Assembly: GCA_021787395.1 (NCBI GenBank)
Contig: JAJYLZ010000008.1
Span: forward strand, 11,290 to 75,289
Length of the DNA stretch: 64,000 bases
Source of the DNA: Chloroflexota bacterium
GTDB lineage: Bacteria > Chloroflexota > Limnocylindria > Limnocylindrales > CSP1-4
Reading direction: 5' to 3'
Shown: piece by piece, positions 38,217-48,030 of the stretch
How the letters are laid out: each line of letters begins with the position of its first letter
How positions within the stretch are numbered: position 1 is the first letter of the stretch
Made by a program: the position numbers and the translations under genes
The notes under the pieces: generated by a model
The model's database searches: none
What the model was told of the DNA's origin: nothing
Seen by the model: only the letters and a program-made list of their open reading frames with translations

Positions 38217-38895
38217 CGCTCCGGTCGCCCATGCGGTAGCCGACACCGCGGACCGTCTCGATCTGGGAGCCTGCCTCCGCCAGCTTCGTGCGCAGGTAGT
38301 GGACGTAGGCGTCCACGGCATTGGGCGTCACGGCCACGCTGAACGGCCAGGCGTGGTCGAGCAGCTGGTCACGGGTGAGCACCTGGCCCGGATGGCGCAG
38401 GAGCGCCTCGAGGAGCGAGAACTCGCGCGGCGAGAGGTCCACGCTGCGCCCGTTCACGGTGACGCGCCGGGCGGCCTCGTCGAGCGCGATCGCGCCGCAC
38501 TCGAGCCGCGGCTCGGCCCGCCGGGGCCCGGGCTCGGCCCGCCGGGCGAGGGCACGCAGCCGCGCCGCCACCTCCTGGTAGGCGAACGGCTTGACGACGT
38601 AGTCGTCGGCCCCCGCGTCGAGGCCCACCACGCGGTCGTTGATGGTGTCGCGCGCGGTGAGCATCAGGATGGACACGTCCGTGCCCGCCGCGCGGATCCG
38701 CCGCGCGACGTCCAGGCCCGAGATGTCGGGCAGGCCGATGTCGAGGATGACGCAGTCGAGCCCGCCCACGCCGGTGGCGAGCTCGAGGCCGGTGCGGCCG
38801 TCGGGCGCGTGCTCCACGACGTGGCGGTCCTCCTCGAGCAGGCGGGTGAGCGCCCGCGCGAGCCGTTCGTCGTCCTCGACCAGAAGCAGGTGCAT
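38209..38895 (-). CDS. OmpR/PhoB-family response regulator (MprA-like)
   Basis: LLVEDD, LDIGLP, LTAR, GADDYVVKPF, winged helix VRGVGY. Confidence 0.95.
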   Translation of the reverse strand: MHLLLVEDDERLARALTRLLEEDRHVVEHAPDGRTGLELATGVGGLDCVILDIGLPDISGLDVARRIRAAGTDVSILMLTARDTINDRVVGLDAGADDYVVKPFAYQEVAARLRALARRAEPGPRRAEPRLECGAIALDEAARRVTVNGRSVDLSPREFSLLEALLRHPGQVLTRDQLLDHAWPFSVAVTPNAVDAYVHYLRTKLAEAGSQIETVRGVGYRMGDRSDG

Positions 38896-38912
38896 GCGGT
38901 CCCGTACCCTCG

Positions 38913-39200
38913 TCAGGGCAGGACGGCCACGTGGGTGGCCGCGCCCAGCGTTCCGCCGCCCTGGGGCTCGTCGGGCCGGAAGCGTCCGTAGGCCTGCAGG
39001 ACGACGGTCTTGCCGGCAGCCACGTCGGACCGGCTGCCGCTCGTCTGCTGATGGTAGGCGGTGGACGGGCGGGCGCCTACCGTCACGGCGGCACCGTGCA
39101 CCAGCTGGACGGCGAACGAGCCGCCGGTCACGGCGCGCAGCCCCGCCGGACCCGAGCCCCTGGACGGGGCCGGGACCGGCGGGATGGGCGGCTGGGTCAT
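38913..39200 (-). CDS. small paralog of the upstream DUF5666-like domain, without TM helix
   Basis: AGGAG RBS; aligns by eye to the C-terminal domain of 39248-39892. Confidence 0.6.
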   Translation of the reverse strand: MTQPPIPPVPAPSRGSGPAGLRAVTGGSFAVQLVHGAAVTVGARPSTAYHQQTSGSRSDVAAGKTVVLQAYGRFRPDEPQGGGTLGAATHVAVLP

Positions 39201-39247
39201 GGCTGCAATCGCTCCTGCCCGGCGCCGGGGCGCCGGGCGCGGATCCC

Positions 39248-39892
39248 CTACTGGCCCAGGACGGTGATGTCCGTCACGTCCAGCTGCAGGCCGCCGTCGC
39301 CGGGCTGGCCGCTGGGCGCCGGGCCGCCGGACGCCGCCGCGGCGGCGCCGCGGGTGGCGCTGAGCTGGACGTGCGCGCCGACCGTGACGTCCGAGGACGA
39401 CCCCGCCGCCTGGGTGTGGTAGGTCACGGTGCTCGGGACCTGGAGCGTGACGCTCTGGCCGCTGGCGGTCTGGATCGTGATGGAGCCGTTGGACACGGCC
39501 GTCACCTGCCCGTCGATCGAGAGGCCGCCGGCGCCGAACACACCCCCGAAGCCGCGGCCCGCTCCGCCGGCCTCCGGGTTGAAGCTGCCCCGGGCGAAGC
39601 CCGCGAAGCCGCCGTTGGCGAAGTTGCCGCGCGCATTCGTGCTGGCCGGGGCGGTCAGTCGGCCGCCTGCGAAGCCGAGGCCCGCGGCCGCGATCACGAT
39701 CGCGGCGACGAACGCGATGGTCCCGCCCGACGCGCCCTGGCGGGGCCTGGGGCTGGCCGAGGCGGCGATCACCGACGGCGGGATGAACGAGGGGACCGCA
39801 GGCTGCGGCGCGGGGGGCGTCGGCTGGCCCGGCACGGGCCCGGGCTCCGGGTGCGCGAATGGGTTCTGCTGGGGGGCGGGGGGCTGGGTCAC
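39248..39892 (-). CDS. membrane-anchored Gly-rich protein with DUF5666-like OB-type domain
   Basis: Pro-rich N-terminus, one TM helix, GQVTAVSNGSITIQTASG. Confidence 0.7.
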   Translation of the reverse strand: MTQPPAPQQNPFAHPEPGPVPGQPTPPAPQPAVPSFIPPSVIAASASPRPRQGASGGTIAFVAAIVIAAAGLGFAGGRLTAPASTNARGNFANGGFAGFARGSFNPEAGGAGRGFGGVFGAGGLSIDGQVTAVSNGSITIQTASGQSVTLQVPSTVTYHTQAAGSSSDVTVGAHVQLSATRGAAAAASGGPAPSGQPGDGGLQLDVTDITVLGQ

Positions 39893-39983
39893 GGGGTGGG
39901 TCTCCTCTAGAGACGGCAGGGGCGCGACGCGGCGCGCGGCGGGGCGATTCGGACGGGGGCCGGCCGGACGGGGTCGAGAGCGG

Positions 39984-40724
<741 letters not shown>

Positions 40725-40947
40725 GGTCAGCTGCGCGCTCCCGGCGCCCCGCGCCGGGGGCCGGCGCCGGGTCGGCCGACCCGACGGCCGCCGGTGCTGC
40801 CGGTCCCGGTCCGCGCGCGCGACGGGACCCCGACGATGATGGTGTTGGGGCCGTTCAGGCGAGGCCGCATGCGAGTCCTTTCCGGGCGGAGCCGATGGTT
40901 GCAGGATGAGGGCGGATGGCGCTTGCCCAGCATGGTGCCGGGCGCGC

Positions 40948-40964
40948 CTGAAAGCCGTCTGAGA
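40948..40964 (-). promoter_or_regulatory. MprA-type direct-repeat operator TCTCAG-N5-TTTCAG
   Basis: Minus strand; CATGCT -10 lies 13 nt downstream. Confidence 0.7.
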
Positions 40965-41002
40965 GGCGACCCGGGTCGCTCGGCTGTCGAGCCCGCGCGC
41001 CG

Positions 41003-42223
41003 CTAGGCGCCCTGGCCCGCCTGCGCCTTGTCGATCAGCGCCTTGGCGTCGTTGATCGGGATGGCGAAGCCCAGGCCCTGGGCGTTCGTGGACACCGCGG
41101 TGTTGAGCCCGATCACGGCGCCGGTCCCGTCGAGGAGCGGCCCGCCGCTGTTGCCGGGGTTGATCGCCGCGTCCGTCTGGATCAGGTTCTTGAGCGTCGA
41201 GGGGCGCCCGGTGACCTCGTCCCGGACGGTCACGGTCCGGCCCAGGCCCGACACGATCCCGCGGGTCACGGTCTCGGTGTAGGTGCCGAGGGGGCTGCCG
41301 ATCGCGAGCGCGGTCTCGCCCACCTGGATCTTCGAGGAGTCGGCGATCCGCGCCGGGGTGAGCCCCTTGGCGTCGATCTTGATCAGGGCCAGGTCGTTGT
41401 CGTTGGCGATCTGGATCACCGTGGCCGGGTACTGCGTGCCGTCCTCGAGGGCCACCGTCAGCGTCTGGCTGCCCTCGACCACGTGGCGGTTGGTCAGGAT
41501 GTAGCCGTTGGCGGTCAGGATCAGGCCGGAGCCGATCCCCTGCGTCGTGCCGAAGTCGAAGCCGTTGGCGCTGACGCCGTCCGCCGTGATCGTGACGACC
41601 GACTTCTGGGCATCGGCCACGATCGCGGTGATGTCGGTGCTCTGGATCGTCGTGGTGGTCGTGGCCGCGGTCTGGATGGGAGCGGACGACGCCGGCGCGA
41701 GCGTGGCGACGGCGGCCTCCTCGGGGACCAGCTCGTGCACGAGCAGCGCGGTGCCGCCCGAGGCGAGCACCGCCGCCAGGACGCCCACCGAGAGCAGCGT
41801 CCCGATGCCGATGCCGCGCGGACGGCGCTGGGCGGGCAGCGGCGCGCGCTCCGGCGTCGGCGGGAACGGCGCGGCCCAGGGGGCCGGCTCCACGGGCGTG
41901 CTCGGGGTCTCTTCCGGCCGGGCCCAGGCGGGCGCCGGGGGCGTCGGCGGGACGCCGGCGGCCGCCCAGGGGGAGGGTCCGCCCGCCCCGGGCCAGCCCG
42001 GGGGCTGCGAGGGAACGGGGGGCGTGGCGGGTGGCGGCGAGTACGACCACGAGCGGTCGGCGGCCGTCGGCTCGGAGGGGTGCGCCGCCCAGCCGGGCGA
42101 CGGCGCCGCTGCCTGGGGTGCAGACCCTGGCTGGGGGGGAACCGGGGCCTGCGCCTCAGGCAGCGGCGCGGTGTCATCCTGCCCGGAGGGTTCCGGGCTG
42201 GCTGGCGGGAAGGGCAGGGTCAT
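41003..42223 (-). CDS. HtrA/DegP-like trypsin serine protease without PDZ domain
   Basis: Pro-rich N-terminus, TM helix, TNRHVV, DLALIKI and TDAAINPGNSGGPL; ends right after the protease domain. Confidence 0.92.
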   Translation of the reverse strand: MTLPFPPASPEPSGQDDTAPLPEAQAPVPPQPGSAPQAAAPSPGWAAHPSEPTAADRSWSYSPPPATPPVPSQPPGWPGAGGPSPWAAAGVPPTPPAPAWARPEETPSTPVEPAPWAAPFPPTPERAPLPAQRRPRGIGIGTLLSVGVLAAVLASGGTALLVHELVPEEAAVATLAPASSAPIQTAATTTTTIQSTDITAIVADAQKSVVTITADGVSANGFDFGTTQGIGSGLILTANGYILTNRHVVEGSQTLTVALEDGTQYPATVIQIANDNDLALIKIDAKGLTPARIADSSKIQVGETALAIGSPLGTYTETVTRGIVSGLGRTVTVRDEVTGRPSTLKNLIQTDAAINPGNSGGPLLDGTGAVIGLNTAVSTNAQGLGFAIPINDAKALIDKAQAGQGA

Positions 42224-42286
42224 GTGGTCGGGGGCACTCCATGCGGGGACGCGCGGGAGGATTGTGACGCAGTCAACCGCACGCCG

Positions 42287-42303
42287 CTGAGATTGCCCTG
42301 AGA
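42287..42303 (-). promoter_or_regulatory. MprA-type operator TCTCAG-N5-TCTCAG (perfect)
   Basis: Minus strand, upstream of the htrA-like gene. Confidence 0.75.
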
Positions 42304-42340
42304 GAGGCGCCCGCCCGGAGCGGGGTTGAGCCCGCCCGGT

Positions 42341-43129
42341 TCACGCCTCGCGGGGCGCGAGCAGGACCCGGTCCACCAGCTCGGTCCACACCATCCGGTC
42401 GGCCGCCGTGATCGCGAGGGCGCCGAAGCCCGGCTCCGCGGCGACCCAGGCCAGCCCCGCCTCGCCCATGACGAAGCCCGCGGTCGCGTAGGCGTCGGCG
42501 AACGCGAGCGTGGGCCCGATCACGGTCAGGCTGCGCAGGCCGGCCGGCGCAGCCCCGGTCCGCGGATCGACGACATGCGCCCCGCGCTCGTACAGCCCGG
42601 ACGTCGCGACGGCCAGGTCGCGGACCCCCAGCACCGCGGCGGTCGCGTCCGCGCGGCCCGGATGGCGGATGCCGATCCGCCACGGCTCGCCGGGCTCGGG
42701 CTCGCCCGCCGCCACCAGGTCGCCGCCGGCCACGACCTGGAAGTTACGCGCGCCGGCCAGGCGCAGCCTCGCCGCCGCCTCGTCCACCGCCCAGCCCTTG
42801 ACGATGCCGGTCGGGTCGGGCCGGCCGTCCGGGCGGTGGCCCCGCGGGTCGAACGCGCCGCCGGACCGGTCGCGGACCAGGTCGGCGAGGGTGAACATCG
42901 CCTGGACGTCCGAGCTGGCGTCCTGGAACGCGAGCTCGCCCGTGCCCACGCGCGTGACCTCGCTTTCGGGCCGGAACGGGCTGAACCGGCGGTCCACGTC
43001 GTGGAGCCACTCGACGACCGCCTCGATGACGGCGTCCTCGACGAACGGGGCGCGGATGTCGACGGTCACGACCGTGCCCATGACGGGCTCAGTTCGCAGC
43101 TGGCGCGCCGCATGCGCCGGTGAGCTCAC
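42341..43129 (-). CDS. apbE: FAD:protein FMN transferase
   Basis: MGT, DPTGIVKGWAVD, AGGD, ATSGLYERG and ADAYATA; start may be 43081. Confidence 0.9.
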   Translation of the reverse strand: MSSPAHAARQLRTEPVMGTVVTVDIRAPFVEDAVIEAVVEWLHDVDRRFSPFRPESEVTRVGTGELAFQDASSDVQAMFTLADLVRDRSGGAFDPRGHRPDGRPDPTGIVKGWAVDEAAARLRLAGARNFQVVAGGDLVAAGEPEPGEPWRIGIRHPGRADATAAVLGVRDLAVATSGLYERGAHVVDPRTGAAPAGLRSLTVIGPTLAFADAYATAGFVMGEAGLAWVAAEPGFGALAITAADRMVWTELVDRVLLAPREA

Positions 43130-43130
43130 G

Positions 43131-43202
43131 TCACGGCTCCAGGCTGTCGAGCGCCGCCTGCAGCGACGGCGCGCAGGCGCCGCTCGTGTGCGTGGCGCGG
43201 CC
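43131..43202 (-). pseudogene. C-terminal remnant of an FMN-binding (flavinylated) protein gene
   Basis: Startless frame reads GRATHTSGACAPSLQAALD*, similar to the FMN_bind C-terminus SGATxTSxGYxxSLQxALD; directly upstream of apbE. Confidence 0.5.
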
Positions 43203-43264
43203 GCGGCACGGAGCGGGCTCGGGGCGCGGGTGCGGCGGTCACCCCCGGATCGTCCGGCGGGCGG

Positions 43265-43281
43265 ATGAGGCCCCGCTGAGA
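43265..43281 (-). promoter_or_regulatory. MprA-type operator TCTCAG-N5-CCTCAT
   Basis: Minus strand, upstream of the remnant and apbE. Confidence 0.55.
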
Positions 43282-43288
43282 GCCGACC

Positions 43289-45310
43289 TCAGGCGGCCCC
43301 CGAGCAGTCGTACAGGCTGCCGCCGCCCGCCCCGGCGACCTGGCGGCAGTGGCCCTGGACCCAAGCGTTGCGCTCGCCGGCCACGCTCCCCTGCCCGTCC
43401 CCGCCGAAGAACCCGCCGGGTCCCGCTCCCCGCCCGCCGAGCAGGACGTACCGCAGCTGCCCGTCGTGCACGTACTGCTGGAGCTGCTCCAGGGTCGGGA
43501 CCGGGTCGCTGCCCATGAAGCCGCCCATCGCCATGACCGGGACGCCGGACGCGAGCTGGAGCGGTCCGGCCGCGCTGGCCGACGAGACCGCCACCAGCCA
43601 GGTGGCCGAGCCCCGGTTGGCGACGAGGTAGTCAACCAGGGCGCGGTCGGTGCCGCCGGGATCGCCGCGGAAGCCGGCGAAGCCACCTGGCCCAGGCAAG
43701 CCACTCGGCCCGCCGCCGACGGGCCCGGCCGCCGGGTCGCCGCCCGTGATCGCCCGGCCGACCGTCGCCGCCGTCCAGACGGACGGCCCGACCAGGATCG
43801 CCGCCAGGCCCGCCGCCGCCGCACCCTGCGCGATCCGCCGCGCGCCCCGGTCGCCCGGGACCGCCGGCATCACCAGGATGATCGACGCGGCCAGCGCCAC
43901 GCCCAGGGCCCCGATGCCGAGCCCGGGCAGGAACGCGGGCGCGCGCCCCAGCAGCTGGAGCTGCCACCAGGCGGTGGCGAGCAGGATCAGCGCGAGCAGC
44001 GCCCCGGCCCACGCCACTCGGTCGCGGAGGCGCCACGCCTCGACCAGGCCGGCGCCGGTGAGCGCGGCTGCGGCCGGCGCGATGGCCGCCGAGTAGTACG
44101 GGTGCGCGATCCCGCCCATGAGGCTGAACACCAGGATGTGGACCACGGCCCAGCTGCCCCACAGCAGGAGGCCGGCCCGGCGCCCGTCCCGGCGCGGGGC
44201 CCGCCAGCGGGCAGCCAGACCCACCGCGAGGCCGATCCCGGCCGACGGCAGCAGCCAGCTGATCTCCGTCCCCCACTCCGCGTTGAACATGCGGAGCAGA
44301 CCCGGCGCGCCGCCGAAGCTCCCGCCGGGGCCGCCGAAGCCGCGGGCCGCGAACCCGCCCGGTCCGCCGGGCAGTCCGCCGGGGCCGCTGGGGGCACCGC
44401 CGGTCCGGCCGAAGATGCGGCCGAGCCCGTCGTAGCCGAACACCAGGTCGAGGACGGAGTTGTCGGTGCTGCCGCCGATGTACGGGCGCGAGCTCGCGGG
44501 GATCAGCTGCACGATCGCCACCCACCAGCCCGAGGCGGCCAGCGTGGCCGCGGCGGCGAGGGTCAGCCCGGCCAGCCGCCGCCGCAGGCTGCCGCGACCC
44601 GCCGCCAGGTAGGTCAGCGCGAACCCCGGCAGCACCAGGTACGCCTGGAGGTACTTGGTCAGGAAGCCCAGACCCACGAGGGCGCCGGCCAGGGCGAGCC
44701 AGGCGCGGCGGTCCGACTCGAGCGCCCGGACGAGCGCCCAGGCGGCCGCCACCAGCAGCAGGACCAGCAGGGCGTCCGGGTTGTTGTAGCGGAACATGAG
44801 CGCGGCGACCGGGGTCAGGGCCAGCGCCAGGCCGGCGATCACGGCCGCCGGGAGGCCGAACTGCCGCCGGACTGCGTCGTACAGGAGGACGGCTGCGGCC
44901 ACCCCGCACAGGGCCTCCGGGAGCAGGACCGCGAACGGGCTCAGCCCGAGCGCCCGCACCGAGAGGCCCATCAGCCACAGGGCGGCCGGCGGCTTGTCCA
45001 CCGTGATGAACCCGGCCGGGTCGAGGGACCCGAAGAACATCGCCGACCAGCTCTGGCCGGCAGCCTGCGCGGCGGCCGAGTAGTAGGTGTTCGCGTAGCC
45101 GCTGACGTCCAGCGCCCACAGGCAGACCGCAGCCGCCAGCAGGGCCACGAGGACGGCGCCCGCCCAGGCGGACGGCTCCAGCGCGCCGCGGGCCGCCAGC
45201 GCGATCCTGGGCGCCGAGCCGGCACGCCCCGGCTCGCGAACCGGCGATGGAGACATGGGAGCAGAGAGGCTCAAGGGCGGAGACCGGTGCCGGACAGACG
45301 TTCGCGGCAC
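43289..45310 (-). CDS. ArnT/PMT-like GT-C glycosyltransferase (family 39)
   Basis: YANTYY, VDKPP, RYNNPD, GFLTKYLQA and many TM helices; start may be 45256. Confidence 0.9.
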   Translation of the reverse strand: MPRTSVRHRSPPLSLSAPMSPSPVREPGRAGSAPRIALAARGALEPSAWAGAVLVALLAAAVCLWALDVSGYANTYYSAAAQAAGQSWSAMFFGSLDPAGFITVDKPPAALWLMGLSVRALGLSPFAVLLPEALCGVAAAVLLYDAVRRQFGLPAAVIAGLALALTPVAALMFRYNNPDALLVLLLVAAAWALVRALESDRRAWLALAGALVGLGFLTKYLQAYLVLPGFALTYLAAGRGSLRRRLAGLTLAAAATLAASGWWVAIVQLIPASSRPYIGGSTDNSVLDLVFGYDGLGRIFGRTGGAPSGPGGLPGGPGGFAARGFGGPGGSFGGAPGLLRMFNAEWGTEISWLLPSAGIGLAVGLAARWRAPRRDGRRAGLLLWGSWAVVHILVFSLMGGIAHPYYSAAIAPAAAALTGAGLVEAWRLRDRVAWAGALLALILLATAWWQLQLLGRAPAFLPGLGIGALGVALAASIILVMPAVPGDRGARRIAQGAAAAGLAAILVGPSVWTAATVGRAITGGDPAAGPVGGGPSGLPGPGGFAGFRGDPGGTDRALVDYLVANRGSATWLVAVSSASAAGPLQLASGVPVMAMGGFMGSDPVPTLEQLQQYVHDGQLRYVLLGGRGAGPGGFFGGDGQGSVAGERNAWVQGHCRQVAGAGGGSLYDCSGAA

Positions 45311-45383
45311 TCTCGGTGGGGAGGAGAGGAGGGTTGCGGAGCCACCGGGAGTGCCGCGTTGGTGCCCAGTACAGCGCCAGCCC

Positions 45384-45400
45384 CTGAGAAGGCCATGAGA
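45384..45400 (-). promoter_or_regulatory. MprA-type operator TCTCAT-N5-TCTCAG
   Basis: Minus strand, upstream of the GT39 gene. Confidence 0.65.
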
Positions 45401-45410
45401 GCCGGCGGCG

Positions 45411-45866
45411 TCAGGCGCCAGCCTTGTACGGATACGTCACCCAGCCGTCCACGGTGGCGGCATAGTGGTCAGGGCGGCCCGGGACCCGCGACCGTCCTGG
45501 CTTGTAGTGCAGCACCGCCGAGACGGGCTCCGCGCCCGCCATGCGGACCCGGCCAAGGACCTCGGTCATCGTCTCGCCGGTCTCCCAGACCTCGTCCACC
45601 ACGAGCACGCGCTTGCCGCTGAGCAGCGCCGCGTCGGCGAAGTGGAGCACGAGGGGTTCGGGGTGGGTGCCGCCCTCGGAGCGGTAGAACTCCACCCCCG
45701 CCACCAGGATCTCGCGCAGGTCGAGGCGATAGGCGAGCATCCCGGCCGGCACCAGGCCGCCGCGCGTGATCGCGAGCACGAGGTCGTGCTCGCGCCCCAC
45801 CTCCGCCGCCAGGGTGGCGACGAGCTGGTCGAGATCGTCCCAGGTCAGGAGCAGCGAATCCGGCAC
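45411..45866 (-). CDS. purine phosphoribosyltransferase (Gpt-like)
   Basis: AITRGGLVP and PRPP motif VVDEVWETGET; GTG 6 nt after a CATGAT -10. Confidence 0.85.
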   Translation of the reverse strand: MPDSLLLTWDDLDQLVATLAAEVGREHDLVLAITRGGLVPAGMLAYRLDLREILVAGVEFYRSEGGTHPEPLVLHFADAALLSGKRVLVVDEVWETGETMTEVLGRVRMAGAEPVSAVLHYKPGRSRVPGRPDHYAATVDGWVTYPYKAGA

Positions 45867-45911
45867 GCCCCCATCATGCGGCACGGGCCGGGCACGGTGC
45901 GACGCCCAGCG

Positions 45912-46688
45912 TCAGCCGGCGGGACCCGGAACCTCCGCGGCCGGCGGCGAGAGGAGCGGCGAGGCGGGCGCGCTCGGCGAGGGCGTCGCGCTGGGCGCGG
46001 GCGACACCATCGACGCCCCGCCGATGTCGTGGCACAGGACGCAGGTGTCGTCACCGCGCAGCGCATGGTCGATCGGCAGCGCCCCCACGCTCGACGACTG
46101 GTGGCAGTCGCGGCACTTGAGGTTCTGGGGGTCCGGGTGCGGCTTGATCGGCGGCGGGGACGGGTTGGGCTTGTGGCACAGCTCGCAGTCGTTCTGGTTC
46201 CGCCCGACCATCGAGGTCGGCAGGTGGGCGACGGAGCCGTGGCAGTCGAGGCAGGGCTTGTTGAGCGCGGCGTGCGCCTGGGTGATCGCCGGTCCCTGCA
46301 CGGGCTCCTTGTGGCAGTTGGTGCACTCGCTCTCCGGGATGCCGTCGTGGCCCGGCGCCGTCCTGCCCAGCTCCTCGTTGGTGTGGCAGGTCAGGCAGGC
46401 CGTGAAGCCGGCCAGCGGGTGGCCCATGGCGGGGATCGTCTTGACGGCCGCTGAGCCGCCGCCCTCGTGGCACAGCACGCACTGCGCCGAGGTGGGGATG
46501 TGCGCGATGCCCATCTGGAACAGGCCCCCCGACGGCGAGGCCGCGGCGGCGCCCGTGTCGGCCGGGACCGAGGATCGGGTCGGGATCAGCTGGAGCCAGT
46601 TGGCGACCATCAGCGCGGCCAGCATGGCCACCATCGTGAGGTTCAGCAGGATCAGGACGCGGAGCGTCCGGTCCAGTCGCCGTCTCAT
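45912..46688 (-). CDS. membrane-anchored multiheme cytochrome c (7 CxxCH)
   Basis: CVLCH, CLTCH, CTNCH, CLDCH, CELCH, CRDCH, CVLCH; N-terminal hydrophobic helix; ATGA overlap with the protease gene. Confidence 0.9.
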   Translation of the reverse strand: MRRRLDRTLRVLILLNLTMVAMLAALMVANWLQLIPTRSSVPADTGAAAASPSGGLFQMGIAHIPTSAQCVLCHEGGGSAAVKTIPAMGHPLAGFTACLTCHTNEELGRTAPGHDGIPESECTNCHKEPVQGPAITQAHAALNKPCLDCHGSVAHLPTSMVGRNQNDCELCHKPNPSPPPIKPHPDPQNLKCRDCHQSSSVGALPIDHALRGDDTCVLCHDIGGASMVSPAPSATPSPSAPASPLLSPPAAEVPGPAG

Positions 46689-47233
46689 GCCGTCGCCCCC
46701 TTGGGGCTGCCGCCACCCGGCCCACCGGCAGTCGCCACGAGTCCGCCCAGCTGGCTCAGGTGGTCCAGCACCGCCGCGACCGCCCGGGGGAGCGCGGCCG
46801 CCACCGGCTCGGAGAGGCCGGCGCCCAGCTCCGTCTTGCCGACTTGGACGCCCACCAACGCCACCGACTGCGGCAGCCAGCCCATGAGCCGGGCCACGGC
46901 CAGCAGCTCCCCCACGCCGCCGGGGATGCAGCGGCCCCATGCGGCGCCGGCGGCCTGGATCTCGGCGCCGCGGAGCACGGTCACGGTGCCGGCCGGCTGG
47001 TCGAGGTCCACCGCGTCGATCAGCAGCAGACTCCGCGCGCCCTCCACGTCGGCCAGCAGGTCCACGCCCAGCGTTCCGCCGTCCACGAGCCGCGTGGCCT
47101 CCGGCAGGGCGCCCGGGTCGCGCTCCGCGATGGCGCGCAGCGCCTCCACGGCCCGCACGCCGACGCCGTCGTCCCCGAGCAGGACGTTGCCCACCCCGAT
47201 CACGACAGCCGGGCCCTCGGCGTCAGGGATCAT
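46685..47233 (-). CDS. hyaD: hydrogenase maturation endopeptidase
   Basis: GVGNVLLGDDGVG, DGGT and IDA. Confidence 0.9.
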   Translation of the reverse strand: MIPDAEGPAVVIGVGNVLLGDDGVGVRAVEALRAIAERDPGALPEATRLVDGGTLGVDLLADVEGARSLLLIDAVDLDQPAGTVTVLRGAEIQAAGAAWGRCIPGGVGELLAVARLMGWLPQSVALVGVQVGKTELGAGLSEPVAAALPRAVAAVLDHLSQLGGLVATAGGPGGGSPKGATA

Positions 47234-48030
47234 GCGTCGGCCCTCTTGGCTGCCTGCTCGAGCACCTCGGGGCCGCCGTCCCGGGACTCCACGACCTCCT
47301 CCCGGGTCGGGAACTTGTAGCCGGTGAACATGCTCGTGACCACGCCCACGTTCTCGATGTGGTCGACGAGGACGCAGCTGTACACGTGGAACAGCGCGAT
47401 GGCCAGGATCAGCCACATCGTCAGGTGGTGGACCAACCGCAGCATCTGCGGGCCGAGCAGCTCGCGCAGCCAGGCGAAGGCCGTGGCGCCCGGCTCGGCG
47501 CCCATCAGCCCGTCGAGCGCGAAGCCCGTGACGGTCTCCACCAGCAGCAGCGCGAACAGGGCGAGGTATGCCGCCGCCGCCAGCTGGTTGTGGCCGAGGA
47601 CCTTGGGGATCTCGCTGCGGACGAAGCCGTAGAACCCGGCCTGGCGGAAGAGCTCGGTGAACTGCGTGCGGTTGGTCGGGATGAACGCAGTCCAGCGGAC
47701 GAAGCGGTTGCCCGCCAGCAGGTAGACCGTGCGCACGACGCCCGAGACCAGGAACGTCAGGGCGGTGATGATGTGGACCAGCCGGATGGTCGTCATGACG
47801 TTGCCGCCCGGCGGGATGAGGAACGGATCCGCGATGTAGCCCCCGGTGAGGCTCAGGGTCACGATGCAGATCGCCGTGACCCAGTGCGTGATGCGGACCG
47901 GCGCCTGCCAGATGTAGACGGCCACCCGGTCGTTGGGCCGCTGCACCGCGTGATGGGCGGCACCGGCACCGTGGGCGGACGCGCCGGTCGGGGCCGCCGG
48001 AGCGGCCAGGGGCTCGTCGAGCGCGGTCAT
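47230..48030 (-). CDS. hyaC: Ni/Fe-hydrogenase cytochrome b subunit
   Basis: VRITHW, RLVH, GHN, RLVHH and FHVY; 4 TM helices. Confidence 0.92.
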   Translation of the reverse strand: MTALDEPLAAPAAPTGASAHGAGAAHHAVQRPNDRVAVYIWQAPVRITHWVTAICIVTLSLTGGYIADPFLIPPGGNVMTTIRLVHIITALTFLVSGVVRTVYLLAGNRFVRWTAFIPTNRTQFTELFRQAGFYGFVRSEIPKVLGHNQLAAAAYLALFALLLVETVTGFALDGLMGAEPGATAFAWLRELLGPQMLRLVHHLTMWLILAIALFHVYSCVLVDHIENVGVVTSMFTGYKFPTREEVVESRDGGPEVLEQAAKRADA

